From an uncultured bacterium (GTDB lineage Bacteria > Bacillota_I > Bacilli_A > RF39 > UBA660): a DNA stretch of 41,426 nt. Made by a program: the position numbers and the translations under genes. The notes under the pieces were generated by a model. It made no database searches and was not told the origin of the DNA. It saw only the letters and a program-made list of their open reading frames with translations. The DNA is taken from contig CASEKZ010000033.1 of the NCBI GenBank assembly GCA_949288625.1, positions 1 to 41,426 of the forward strand. Reading direction: 5' to 3'. Shown here piece after piece: positions 1-8,161 of the stretch. The first letter of the stretch is position 1. Each line of letters starts with the position of its first letter.

Positions 1-158
1 CTTATTTCTTCTAATACTTCTTTGATTCCATCCTTAATAAACCAATTATAGGATTTTGTTTGTATCTCAAGTAAGTCTTGTAATTCTAGGGAATTATTAA
101 CTCTTGAGAAATCTCTTCTTTCACGGTATTCGTTTACTTTCCTAACTTTATAAGCCAC
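1..158 (-). CDS. rpoB: RNA polymerase beta subunit, first 52 codons only (gene runs off the left edge)
   Basis: Not in the ORF track because no stop lies in the window. Reverse-strand translation from GTG (156-158) gives VAYKVRKVNEYRERRDFSRVNNSLELQDLLEIQTKSYNWFIKDGIKEVLEEI. This matches the conserved RpoB N-terminus (B. subtilis ..[36 protein letters not shown]). GGGGTGG Shine-Dalgarno just upstream. Position after rplL-ybxB as in B. subtilis. Confidence 0.85.
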   Translation of the reverse strand, partial: MAYKVRKVNEYRERRDFSRVNNSLELQDLLEIQTKSYNWFIKDGIKEVLEEI

Positions 159-228
159 GCGTTTTCCACCCCTAAACTATAAATTTTAAAGAACATGTCT
201 AAAATTAAAGACACAGTACCAATTTAAA

Positions 229-257
229 ATATTACAAGAAAAAACTAGACTTGTCAA
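229..257 (-). promoter_or_regulatory. Candidate sigma-A promoter for rpoB
   Basis: Reverse strand reads TTGACA (252-257), a 17-nt spacer, then TAATAT (229-234), about 70 nt upstream of the rpoB GTG. Confidence 0.45.
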
Positions 258-300
258 TATATTTCACAAAAAAACACAAATATTTTTCGTTATTTATGTT

Positions 301-885
301 TTATTTTGCCATAATTATATAATATCCCTTTTTCTTATTAACTAGCTCTACTATTTTATAAGCCTTCTTCATATCTTTGACTAAAGAATCTGCCCCCTGT
401 TTTTTTCTTACTACTATCCAAAGCTCTCCATTTTCTTTTAAATACTTCTTAGCGCCCATTATTATTTCATAAAGCTTTTCTTTTCCTACCCTAATAGGTG
501 GGTTAGATACAATGTAATCATATTTTTTGTCTATGCTTTCATAAGCATCTGATTCAAAAACGTTAGCTTTTAACCCTTGTTCTTTTATAGACATTCTTGA
601 CAAATGAATCGCCCTTTTATTAACATCAGACATATCCACAGTAAAACCTAAAAGCGCTGCATATATTCCTATAGGTCCACAACCACAGCCTACATCAAGG
701 AGTTCTTTTTCCTGTGGATAAGTACAATTAAAGGTTTTTAAAAGCAACTCCGTACCAAAATCTAATTTACCTTTAGAAAAAACGCCATTATCAGTATAAA
801 AATAATAACTTATATTGTGGATAACCACATCAACTCTTTTTATTTCCGATTTTAAATTATCATTGTTTGTAAAATAATGTCCCAT
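301..885 (-). CDS. ybxB: Class I SAM-dependent (RsmC/YbxB-type) methyltransferase
   Basis: Motifs DVGCGCGPIG (SAM binding) and SNPPIRVGK (NPPY-like). The C-terminus KKKGYYIIMAK is nearly identical to B. subtilis YbxB, which has the same position between rplL and rpoB. The start is moved to the ATG at 885 (MGHYF..), which has a GGAGAG SD; the track start is 897. Confidence 0.85.
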   Translation of the reverse strand: MGHYFTNNDNLKSEIKRVDVVIHNISYYFYTDNGVFSKGKLDFGTELLLKTFNCTYPQEKELLDVGCGCGPIGIYAALLGFTVDMSDVNKRAIHLSRMSIKEQGLKANVFESDAYESIDKKYDYIVSNPPIRVGKEKLYEIIMGAKKYLKENGELWIVVRKKQGADSLVKDMKKAYKIVELVNKKKGYYIIMAK

Positions 886-903
886 AATACTCTCCATATA
901 AAA

Positions 904-914
904 ATTATATCACA
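904..914 (-). promoter_or_regulatory. Candidate extended -10 promoter (TGTGATATAAT) for ybxB
   Basis: Reverse strand reads TGTGATATAAT 8-10 nt upstream of the GGAGAG SD. The same 11-mer occurs upstream of recF (34837-34847). Confidence 0.35.
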
Positions 915-954
915 ACAAAAAACATTAAATAAGTTAATATCCTTTATTTTTAAA

Positions 955-1725
955 CTATTTTTTTACAAAACGACGATAAAAATCATCATCTGATTGCATT
1001 TTTAGCGAATAATCGTTATACACCCTAATAAAATCATCATCATAATATTCATTTTCCTTATTCAAATCATAACATAACAATATTTTATCTATTAATTTTT
1101 GATCTTCCATGCCCATTATTTTTAACATTTCGTAAGGTTTAAAATCTATAAATTCTAATTTTGATGACGTACACATATTAAACCACATGATAGCTAAAAG
1201 ATATAAATCTGCGTCTTTCGTAAACTTTTTATTAGAAAAATATTTTTTTTCATTTATAAATCTAGAGTTTTGCAATTCATAACTCCAAGCGAAAGGAAAA
1301 TAATCTTTAATTTGACAATCCTCGTAATCAGTCAAGAACACCTCAAACGTTTCTGGGTTATATTTTAAATTACCTTCGGATAAAAAATCTAAAAAAATAA
1401 CTCCGTTTTCGTGACCTATGAACAGCGTTTTATTTAAATTTGTCAAACATTTTGAAATTACTTCAAAAGAAAAAAAGTCCTTAGAAATATCATAACAAAA
1501 ATTAGGGTAATCAACATATTTAGTATATATTTCTTTTACCCATCCTTCTTTAACTTCATAATCAAAAGGAGTAATGAATCCAGGAATTTTTCTTAACTCA
1601 TCTTTTTGCTCTAACTTACTAAGTAAAATAGAGTTTGTTTTCTTTGTTAAATTTTTATATTCTTTAGTTACATAATCGCCATGTCTTATCACTCTGGTTC
1701 GTTCATCATCTTTTAAAACTTTCAT
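955..1725 (-). CDS. Hypothetical protein, possibly protein-kinase-like fold (APH/choline-kinase/CotS-like); function unknown
   Basis: Start reassigned to the ATG at 1725 (MKVLKDDERTRVIRHGDYVTKEYK..), preceded by AAGGAG. The track ORF extends to 1836 through the rplL terminator. Weak kinase-like landmarks: YVTKEY (beta3 Lys?), FLDFLSEGNL (catalytic-loop-like D....N), FLTDYEDCQIKDYFPFA (DFG/IDxE-like), DLYLLAIMWFNM (resembles D-x-[WY]-S-x-G subdomain IX). No confident family assignment. Confidence 0.6.
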   Translation of the reverse strand: MKVLKDDERTRVIRHGDYVTKEYKNLTKKTNSILLSKLEQKDELRKIPGFITPFDYEVKEGWVKEIYTKYVDYPNFCYDISKDFFSFEVISKCLTNLNKTLFIGHENGVIFLDFLSEGNLKYNPETFEVFLTDYEDCQIKDYFPFAWSYELQNSRFINEKKYFSNKKFTKDADLYLLAIMWFNMCTSSKLEFIDFKPYEMLKIMGMEDQKLIDKILLCYDLNKENEYYDDDFIRVYNDYSLKMQSDDDFYRRFVKK

Positions 1726-1747
1726 AAAATTCTCCTTTGTTAAAAAT

Positions 1748-1775
1748 ATTATATACAAATTTAAAATATGGTCAA
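1748..1775 (-). promoter_or_regulatory. Candidate sigma-A promoter for the kinase-like gene
   Basis: Reverse strand reads TTGACC (1770-1775), a 16-nt spacer, then TATAAT (1748-1753). It lies immediately downstream of the rplL terminator and about 20 nt upstream of the AAGGAG SD. Confidence 0.5.
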
Positions 1776-1776
1776 G

Positions 1777-1803
1777 AAAAAAAGAGCTAAAACACAGCTC
1801 TTT
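1777..1803 (-). terminator. Intrinsic terminator after rplL
   Basis: Reverse strand reads AAAGAGCU-GUGUUUU-AGCUCUUUUUUU: a stem of 6-7 bp followed by a U7 run, about 20 nt after the rplL stop. Confidence 0.7.
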
Positions 1804-1822
1804 AAAGTACTTATTATCTAAA

Positions 1823-2194
1823 TTATTGAAGTTCAACGGTTGCGCCGGCTTCTTCTAGTTTAGCTTTAATGTCATTTGCCTCTTCCATTGGAGCATTTTC
1901 CTTAATATTTCCACCTTCATCAGCTATCTTCTTAGCGTCCATTAATCCTAAACCAGTAATATCTCTAATTACTTTAATTACTTGAATCTTAGCTGAACCA
2001 GCATCTTTTAATACTACCGTTGCAGAAGTTTTCTCTTCTGCTTGGGCAGCTCCGGCAGCAGGTGCAGCAGCTACCGCAACAGCTGATGGATCTACACCAA
2101 ATTCCTCCTTCATAGCATCAACTAATTCTTTAACTTCAAGAATTTTCATTTCCTTTATTGCATCAATAATTTCTTGTGTACTTAATTTTGCCAT
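1823..2194 (-). CDS. rplL: 50S ribosomal protein L7/L12
   Basis: Ala/Pro hinge AVAVAAAPAAGAAQAEE and C-terminal domain KIQVIKVIRDITGLGLMDAKK..KAKLEEAGATVEL. Follows rplJ. Confidence 0.97.
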   Translation of the reverse strand: MAKLSTQEIIDAIKEMKILEVKELVDAMKEEFGVDPSAVAVAAAPAAGAAQAEEKTSATVVLKDAGSAKIQVIKVIRDITGLGLMDAKKIADEGGNIKENAPMEEANDIKAKLEEAGATVELQ

Positions 2195-2211
2195 TTTTAT
2201 TTTCCTCCTTG

Positions 2212-2712
2212 TTATTTACTTTCTTCTTCTAAATTTTTAGCATGTAAGTCTAAACATATAGCAGCATTTCTAACGTGTTCAATCAAACCAGATACAAACA
2301 TAGTAAGTAATCCTTCTTTTGATGGAACAGTTGCTAATTCATTTAGCTCATCTAAGCTTGCTACTTTACCATCTACAATGCCACCTTTAAGTTCTAAAGC
2401 TGGATGTTTTTTCGCAAAATCTGCCAAAACTCTTATTGGAGCTATAGCATCATCTGACATCGCAATTGCAGACGGACCCTTAAGACAATTATCTAAATCA
2501 ATAGATAACTTATCAAACGCTCTTTTTGTTAAAGTATTTTTATATACTTTATAAGAAGATTGCTCTTCACGTAATTTCCGACGAAGTTCTGTTACTTCTG
2601 CATCGGTTAAACCACGATAATCAAACAAAATAGCACTAGTTGCGTTTTTAACCTTGTCAGCTATTTCATTTACAACTTCTTCTTTCTTAGCAATTATAGC
2701 TTGATTTGCCAT
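2212..2712 (-). CDS. rplJ: 50S ribosomal protein L10
   Basis: 166 aa with L10-like sequence (AILFDYRGLTDAEVTELRRKLRE). AAAGGAGG SD. Synteny rplA-rplJ-rplL. Confidence 0.95.
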   Translation of the reverse strand: MANQAIIAKKEEVVNEIADKVKNATSAILFDYRGLTDAEVTELRRKLREEQSSYKVYKNTLTKRAFDKLSIDLDNCLKGPSAIAMSDDAIAPIRVLADFAKKHPALELKGGIVDGKVASLDELNELATVPSKEGLLTMFVSGLIEHVRNAAICLDLHAKNLEEESK

Positions 2713-2908
2713 TGTTCTTACCTCCTTTTAGTATAATAAGTACCTAATTAAAAGGCCTTCGACGAAAAGACGTGAAGACCTTAAAATCCTAATTATGAAT
2801 TTTTGTCCTCGGTAGGAATAAAGTTATGCAATAATGCTCCTACTGTCTTTGGTACTATATAATTATGCCATCAAAACATAATACATTCATATTTTATATC
2901 ATTTATTA
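2713..2908 (-). promoter_or_regulatory. Probable rplJ (L10) leader RNA with terminator-like hairpin
   Basis: 196-nt untranslated spacer that is locally GC-richer than its surroundings. On the RNA strand: GUAGGAGC..UUCCUAC hairpin and GGUCUUCACGUCUUUUCGUCGAAGGCC hairpin (2754-2780) followed by UUUU. The position matches the L10(L12)4-controlled attenuator known in B. subtilis. No covariance model was run. Confidence 0.5.
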
Positions 2909-3607
2909 TTATTTGTCAAACGAGCTTAAATCAACCCTGATACCAGGACCCATTGTTGAAGCTAATGATACGTTCTTTAAGTAAACACCCTTAGCAGCTT
3001 GTGGCTTTGATTTTATTATAACGCTCATAAAAGCATTAACGTTATCCATTAATTGTTTTTCAGTAAAAGATACCTTACCAACAATCGCATGAACGTTTGC
3101 ATATGAATCAGTACGATATTCAACACGTCCTTTTTTAACGTCTTCAACAGCTTTTTTAGTATCTAGTGTAACCGTTCCGGTTTTCGGATTTGGCATTAAC
3201 CCTTTAGGACCTAACACCTTACCTAGTTTACCTAAAAGCGGCATCATTTCAGGAGTTGCAATAATAACGTCAAAATCAAACCAATTTTCTTTTTCTATTT
3301 TGTTAATCATGTCAACGTCACCAACAAAGTCAGCTCCTGCTTCTTGTGCTAACTTAGCAGCATCCCCTTTTGCTAGAACCAAAACCTTCTTTGTTTTACC
3401 GGTTCCGTGAGGCAACACGATGGCACCCCTTAATTGTTGATCGTTCTTTTTCGTATCCAAGTTTAACCTAACCGCAAGTTCAACAGTACCATCAAACTTA
3501 GAAACAGATGTTTCTTTTACCAATTTTACAGCTTCCTCAAGTGAATAAAGTTTACCTTTTTCTATCTTGCTTAAAGCCTCTTGATACTTCTTACTTTTCT
3601 TTTTCAT
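2909..3607 (-). CDS. rplA: 50S ribosomal protein L1
   Basis: 232 aa with L1 motifs ([27 protein letters not shown]). Follows rplK. Confidence 0.97.
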   Translation of the reverse strand: MKKKSKKYQEALSKIEKGKLYSLEEAVKLVKETSVSKFDGTVELAVRLNLDTKKNDQQLRGAIVLPHGTGKTKKVLVLAKGDAAKLAQEAGADFVGDVDMINKIEKENWFDFDVIIATPEMMPLLGKLGKVLGPKGLMPNPKTGTVTLDTKKAVEDVKKGRVEYRTDSYANVHAIVGKVSFTEKQLMDNVNAFMSVIIKSKPQAAKGVYLKNVSLASTMGPGIRVDLSSFDK

Positions 3608-3683
3608 TTTTCTTACCTCCCTGTGGTATAAGCGGATTTTCCTCCCACATAGATAAATCTATATGATATTTATTTTTAATAAA
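3608..3683 (-). promoter_or_regulatory. rplK-rplA spacer with GUGGGAGG..AUACCACA hairpin (possible L1-binding rRNA mimic)
   Basis: RNA strand reads CUAUGUGGGAGGAAAAUCCGCUUAUACCACAGGGAGGUAAG, then AUG of rplA. UGUGG pairs with CCACA. GUGGGAGG and AUACCAC resemble the 23S rRNA L1-stalk sequence as I recall it (GGUGGGAGGC ... AAAUACCACCC). Confidence 0.3.
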
Positions 3684-4109
3684 CTAATTTTTTATTTCAA
3701 TACCCATGTTCTTAGCGGTACCAGAAACAATTTTTATTGCTTCTTCTAAATCGTATGCATTTAAATCAGGCAATTTAATTTCTGCGATCTCTTTTAATTG
3801 TTCTTCGGTAATACTTCCAACAATCTCTTTAGACCCTTTTGAAGAACCAGCCTTAATCTTAGCATACTTTTTAAGTAAAAATGGTGTTGGTGGGGTTAAA
3901 AACCTAAGTTCGTAACTCCTGTCATCATAAACAGAAATTTCAACTGGAATAATATCGCCCATCTTATCTTTAGTTGCATCATTGTACTTTACACAAAACT
4001 CACCTGAGTTAATACCTAATGGTCCAAGTGCGGTACCTACCGGTGGAGCAGGTGTAGCTTTTCCTGCTGGTAATTGCAACGTTAATTTTCTTATTAGTTC
4101 TTTTGCCAC
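3684..4109 (-). CDS. rplK: 50S ribosomal protein L11
   Basis: PAGKATPAPPVGTALGPLGIN motif. Start reassigned to the second GTG (VAKELIRK.., 4109), which has GGGAGG 8 nt upstream; the track start is 4118. Confidence 0.95.
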   Translation of the reverse strand: MAKELIRKLTLQLPAGKATPAPPVGTALGPLGINSGEFCVKYNDATKDKMGDIIPVEISVYDDRSYELRFLTPPTPFLLKKYAKIKAGSSKGSKEIVGSITEEQLKEIAEIKLPDLNAYDLEEAIKIVSGTAKNMGIEIKN

Positions 4110-4118
4110 GAAAAACAC

Positions 4119-4266
4119 CTCCCATAATATTTTTTTCGCGAGTGGTCAAATAGCTTTTGTTTTAAATCCGCGCCTCCCACTAATTTTCTTTCATCATCTA
4201 TATAAAATATAGCTGCGCATATAATTTTAACACAGCAAACATGATAAAAGCAATAGTTTTTTATCA
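4119..4266 (-). promoter_or_regulatory. Probable rplKA (L11 operon) leader with L1-stalk mimic
   Basis: The RNA strand contains AGUGGGAGGCGCGGAUUUAAAACAAAAGCUAUUUGACCACUCGCG (4137-4182). This is a conspicuously GC-rich island in AT-rich DNA. AGUGG pairs with CCACU, and GUGGGAGGC plus GACC recall the L1 binding site. No covariance model was run. Confidence 0.4.
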
Positions 4267-4815
4267 TTATTCTTTGGTAAACTGCGTAAGTTCTAACTCA
4301 ACATTTGTCTCTTGTCCAAATAAATCTATCGCAACATTAGCCTTACCAGCATCTAAATCAATATCGGTAATCTTACCTGCTAACATTTTGAACGGACCAT
4401 CAATTATTTTAACGTTATCGCCTACTTCATAGTTAACCACAACATTATCACCTGTATAACCAATCTCTTTAAAAATTCTTTCTACCTCTTCATCATATAA
4501 CGGAACTGGTTTTGCCCCTTTACCAGAAGAACCTAAAAAACCAGTTACCCCCGGAGTATTACGTACAATATACCATGATTCATCAGACATAATCATTTCT
4601 ACTAAAACGTAACCTGGAAATAATTTCTTTACTTTTTCTTTTCTTTTACCATCTTTTATCTCAACTTCTTTTCTTTCAGGAACGATTACTCTAAATATGT
4701 TTTCTTGCATATCCATTGAGTTAATTCTCATGTCAAGCTTTTCCTTAACCTTTGATTCGTGTCCAGAGTAAGTATTAACAACGTACCATTTTTTTTGTTC
4801 TTCCATCTTAACCAA
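4267..4815 (-). CDS. nusG: Transcription termination/antitermination factor NusG
   Basis: KWYVVNTYSGHE NGN motif and C-terminal KOW (VGDNVKIIDGPFKMLAGKI). Follows secE. The start is either TTG 4815 or ATG 4806. Confidence 0.95.
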   Translation of the reverse strand: MVKMEEQKKWYVVNTYSGHESKVKEKLDMRINSMDMQENIFRVIVPERKEVEIKDGKRKEKVKKLFPGYVLVEMIMSDESWYIVRNTPGVTGFLGSSGKGAKPVPLYDEEVERIFKEIGYTGDNVVVNYEVGDNVKIIDGPFKMLAGKITDIDLDAGKANVAIDLFGQETNVELELTQFTKE

Positions 4816-5026
4816 CTAACTCCTTTACATATGATAATAATGCAATAAGTAAATCCGTCCCAACAAAAAACACACATATAAACAGCATAAATGCTAACGT
4901 TGCAACAGAATACTTTAATAAATTTTTCCTAGAAGTCCACATAACTTTTTGAGCTTCTTTTTTTACATCTTTTAAAAAATTAGCTAAAAAGACAAACGGA
5001 TTTCTTCTTTTTTTTGACTTTGCCAT
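4808..5026 (-). CDS. secE: Preprotein translocase subunit SecE
   Basis: Small basic N-terminus plus a single TM segment (ATLAFMLFICVFFVGTDLLIALL). Immediately upstream of nusG. The ATG at 5026 (MAKSKK..) has a GGGAGA SD. Confidence 0.85.
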   Translation of the reverse strand: MAKSKKRRNPFVFLANFLKDVKKEAQKVMWTSRKNLLKYSVATLAFMLFICVFFVGTDLLIALLSYVKELVG

Positions 5027-5107
5027 ATTTCTATCTCCCATTATTTCAAAATAAAAAACACTTTTTCGTGCTTACTACCTAAATAGTAACACAAACTAAT
5101 TAAATAG

Positions 5108-5722
5108 TCAATTTATTTCGTTTAATATGTTTTTTAATTTTATTCTAATTCTAAATAAAACACTCTCAATTGACTTTGGTGTTTTTTTTAAGTTTTTAGA
5201 AATTTCATCATAGTTAAAACCATAAAGCCTTAACTCATATACTTCTTTTTCAAAAGGAGTTAATTCCTCTTTAATTCTTTTATTAAAATACTCAGTATTT
5301 TCTTTACTTACAAGTAAATCTTCAATACCACCTTCATTATTATAAACAACGTTATCAAATCCATTCTTATCATCATCGTTATGATAATCTATCGAATATG
5401 ATTCATTTAAGATACTATGCTTTTTTCTACTTGCACTTTTAACTGCCGTTATTATTTTCCTTTTGATACATACAAAAGCAAAGGTTGAAAACTTAATGTC
5501 TTTTTGATCTTTATAGCCTTTTATCGCCGAGTCAAGACCTATTAACCCTTCTTGATACAAATCATTATAATCAATTCCCTTACCATCTACTAAAGGCAAG
5601 TATTTCCTAGCATAATACTCAATTACCGCCTCATATTTTTTAAATAATTCTTCATTAGCATCCTCGTTATTTTCAGAAATTAAATACAATAATTCATAAT
5701 CATCCTCGTATTGTTTTTTCAT
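5108..5722 (-). CDS. sigH: RNA polymerase sigma factor SigH
   Basis: QEGLIGLDSAIKGYKDQKDIKFSTFAFVCIKRKIITAVKSASRKKH aligns with B. subtilis SigH (QEGMIGLYKSIRDFKEDKLTSFKAFAELCITRQIITAIKTATRQKH). Synteny mrnC-rlmB-sigH-secE-nusG. Confidence 0.85.
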   Translation of the reverse strand: MKKQYEDDYELLYLISENNEDANEELFKKYEAVIEYYARKYLPLVDGKGIDYNDLYQEGLIGLDSAIKGYKDQKDIKFSTFAFVCIKRKIITAVKSASRKKHSILNESYSIDYHNDDDKNGFDNVVYNNEGGIEDLLVSKENTEYFNKRIKEELTPFEKEVYELRLYGFNYDEISKNLKKTPKSIESVLFRIRIKLKNILNEIN

Positions 5723-5734
5723 TTTTGTCCCCCC

Positions 5735-6439
5735 TTATTTTCGTTGTCTTACAACCTCATACATTATTATTCCGGCCGCAACTGATGCGTTTAAACTATT
5801 TATTTTACCAAACATTGGTATTGAAACGATAAAATCACAATTTTGTTTTACTAAGCTACTCATTCCAAAGCCTTCACTTCCTATTATTAAAGCGGTAGGC
5901 AAAGTATAATCAACACTATCATATGGAACACTATTTTCCATATCAGTACCATAAATCCAAACACCTTTTTTCTTTAACTTTTTTATTAAATTATTAATAT
6001 TAGTAACTTGAACAATTTTAACGTTATCCAAAGCACCAGCGCTAGTCTTCATCACGGTAGCATTAACCTTAACGCTTCGATCTTTAGGAATTACCACAAA
6101 ATCTACGCCTGCTGCTTCCGCAGTTCTTATTATAGCACCAAAATTATGCGGATCTTCTATGTGATCTAGGATAATAATAAAAGGATTTGATTCCAAACAA
6201 GAAAGCATATCATCTTCTGTTAAATAAGAAAAGTCAGGTATTTCTAATATTACACCTTGATGATTGCCTTCAATGATTTGATCAAGATCTGTCTTATTTA
6301 GGTAACTCACTTTCACGTTTAAACTTTTTAAGTTCTCATCAATACTAGACGAAATCATACTTTTTGACAGATAAGCTTTTTTTATATGCCGTCTATTTGA
6401 AATTAACTCCTTTGCTACGTTTTTACCAAATACATACAT
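5735..6439 (-). CDS. rlmB: 23S rRNA (Gm2251) 2'-O-methyltransferase, TrmH/SpoU family
   Basis: SpoU motifs DHIEDPHNFGAIIRTAEAAG, LIIGSEGFGMS and SLNASVAAGIIMYE. Follows mrnC as in B. subtilis (yacO). Confidence 0.9.
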   Translation of the reverse strand: MYVFGKNVAKELISNRRHIKKAYLSKSMISSSIDENLKSLNVKVSYLNKTDLDQIIEGNHQGVILEIPDFSYLTEDDMLSCLESNPFIIILDHIEDPHNFGAIIRTAEAAGVDFVVIPKDRSVKVNATVMKTSAGALDNVKIVQVTNINNLIKKLKKKGVWIYGTDMENSVPYDSVDYTLPTALIIGSEGFGMSSLVKQNCDFIVSIPMFGKINSLNASVAAGIIMYEVVRQRK

Positions 6440-6440
6440 T

Positions 6441-6830
6441 CTAATCACCCATTATTTCTTTTGATAGTTCATTTATTCTTTTATAATCTCTTTTTAAATA
6501 AAGCATTGCAAATAACGCTTCCAAAGCCGTAGCTTTTTTATAATCTTTAATATTTACGTTTTTAGGCTTTGAATTTGGCTTATAGTTTCTTGATCTATTA
6601 ATCGTATAAAGCTCTTCTTCAGAAAAAATTCCTTCTGATTTAAGTTTTTCCAAAATATGAGCTTGATTATTAGCACTAACATATTTTTTTGCATATTGAT
6701 TAAGAATCCTTGCATTACCTATTTTTTTACTTACTAAGTAGCTTCTTATAACAACTTCATATACCGCATCACCCAAATAAGCCAACACTCCTGCATTTAA
6801 TTCATTTACATTCACTTTCTTCACATCCAT
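6441..6830 (-). CDS. mrnC: Mini-ribonuclease 3
   Basis: LAYLGDAVYEVVIRSYL RNase III-like signature. About 130 aa. Upstream of rlmB. The start at ATG 6830 (MDVKK..) is uncertain because no clear SD is present. Confidence 0.85.
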   Translation of the reverse strand: MDVKKVNVNELNAGVLAYLGDAVYEVVIRSYLVSKKIGNARILNQYAKKYVSANNQAHILEKLKSEGIFSEEELYTINRSRNYKPNSKPKNVNIKDYKKATALEALFAMLYLKRDYKRINELSKEIMGD

Positions 6831-6854
6831 AAGTATTAAATCACAATAATACGT

Positions 6855-6874
6855 AAAAAACAAGGTAAACCTTG
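6855..6874 (-). terminator. Intrinsic terminator after divIC
   Basis: RNA strand reads CAAGG-UUUA-CCUUG followed by UUUUUU, starting directly after the divIC stop codon. Confidence 0.6.
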
Positions 6875-7165
6875 TTAATCTATCTTTAGTATTTTTTCAC
6901 CATTTTTAGAATACAAATATTTTTCCCTTGCATATCTTGCAGCATACTCAGGATTCTTTAACTTCTCAACGTCATCAGAAAGCATCTTTTGCTCTTCTTC
7001 TAATTTTTCAAGTTGAGCAGTTAAAGTTCGTTTTTCTTCGTTTTTTTCTTTGATTTTAAATATGTTACCTACCGAAGAGACAATTGATACGCCAATTATA
7101 AAAAAACAAAATATTGAGGTTAATACAACCCTTCTACGCTCTTTTGCAGTTAATTTGTTTTCCAT
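6875..7165 (-). CDS. divIC: Septum formation initiator (FtsB/DivIC family)
   Basis: 96 aa with an N-terminal TM segment followed by a coiled coil (LTAQLEKLEEEQKMLSDDVEKLKN) and the ending EYAARYAREKY. Follows yabP-yabQ as in B. subtilis. Confidence 0.8.
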   Translation of the reverse strand: MENKLTAKERRRVVLTSIFCFFIIGVSIVSSVGNIFKIKEKNEEKRTLTAQLEKLEEEQKMLSDDVEKLKNPEYAARYAREKYLYSKNGEKILKID

Positions 7166-7216
7166 AACATCATCCCCATAATATAATGTTATTATATAAC
7201 GAAAAAAAGAAATTTT

Positions 7217-7489
7217 CTAGGTTTTTTTGTCTTTAAAGTAAAGTAATTGACAAAATAACCCACCACATATTAGAAAAATCACAATATAATAGTTAAGGAT
7301 ACCATAATTTATTTTATATAATAAAAAATAGAATGTAATAACATGAAAAAAGCAAAAAAGCACCTCACATAAAACCTTTAGTAAATTTTTTTTAAATTTT
7401 ACTAATTTTAAAGCTTTAAAACTAGCTAAAAAAAACATGCCATATATAAAAGAAAAAAATATTACTTTAAATTGACTATCCAAGCTCAT
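7217..7489 (-). CDS. yabQ: Spore cortex biosynthesis protein YabQ
   Basis: Small polytopic membrane protein directly after yabP, with overlapping stop/start at 7489. The pattern ..F..H.I.F....L....N.G....Y resembles B. subtilis YabQ. Confidence 0.7.
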   Translation of the reverse strand: MSLDSQFKVIFFSFIYGMFFLASFKALKLVKFKKNLLKVLCEVLFCFFHVITFYFLLYKINYGILNYYIVIFLICGGLFCQLLYFKDKKT

Positions 7490-7779
7490 TATTTAAATAA
7501 CCTTGATATAACAGAATCTTCTTTCTTTGCTTTTCCAACATCCAAATATGTAAAACCATCTATAATACCTTTTATCATAATGGTACCATCATACGTGTCA
7601 AGTTTTATTATCTCTAAATCCCTACCTTTTATTCCCAAGGGTCCAGTGCTAGTTTCAAGAAGAAATTCTTCGCTGTCAAAACTATCTATTTTAGTTATTC
7701 CACTTATTGTAATACTTTGTCTTTCAGTAATTGTTATATTGTGATTCATCAATGTCACTTTATCGTTGTCCTTATCCAT
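7489..7779 (-). CDS. yabP: Sporulation protein YabP
   Basis: ITISGITKIDSFDSEEFLLETSTGPLGIKGRDLEI..ISRLFK aligns with B. subtilis YabP (DITGVKHVESFDNEEFLLETVMGLLSVRGQNLQM..LGKLFK). Start at ATG 7779 with an AGGAGG SD; the track ORF is over-extended to 7869. Confidence 0.9.
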   Translation of the reverse strand: MDKDNDKVTLMNHNITITERQSITISGITKIDSFDSEEFLLETSTGPLGIKGRDLEIIKLDTYDGTIMIKGIIDGFTYLDVGKAKKEDSVISRLFK

Positions 7780-7831
7780 AAGTGCCTCCTGATAAAGTAT
7801 ATTAAAAAAAAAGAAAAATATGATAATTTGT

Positions 7832-8089
7832 TTATTCGGCTTTATTATAAGCCTCCTCAACAGCATCATCTATTTTCTTTCTTAGCTCTGCGTTAATAGG
7901 ATGAACATAATCCTTGTACTTACCATCTTGTAACTTCTTATTTGGCATTGCCGCAAAAATCTTTGTATTACCTTTAATAACTCTTATTCCGTTTACCTTT
8001 AAACAATTATCAAAAATTATTTCAGCATAACCGATCAATCTAGAATTATCATGACTTTCTTTTTTTACCAATACACTAGTTATTTCCAT
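7832..8089 (-). CDS. spoVG: Septation/sporulation regulator SpoVG
   Basis: MEITSVLVKK...LIGYAEIIFDNCLKVNGIRVIKG...FAAMPNKK is a typical SpoVG sequence. AAGGGAG SD. Confidence 0.95.
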   Translation of the reverse strand: MEITSVLVKKESHDNSRLIGYAEIIFDNCLKVNGIRVIKGNTKIFAAMPNKKLQDGKYKDYVHPINAELRKKIDDAVEEAYNKAE

Positions 8090-8161
8090 AAGATCACTCC
8101 CTTAGTTAATACTTACAATTTAATTTTAACACAATAATTAAAAAAATAGCAATTGATATTA

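Noticed and set aside
5042-5107. Expected rpmG (L33) gene between sigH and secE, as in B. subtilis
   Set aside because: The gap is only 66 nt and contains a weak hairpin plus a U-run. There is no room for a 49-codon gene.
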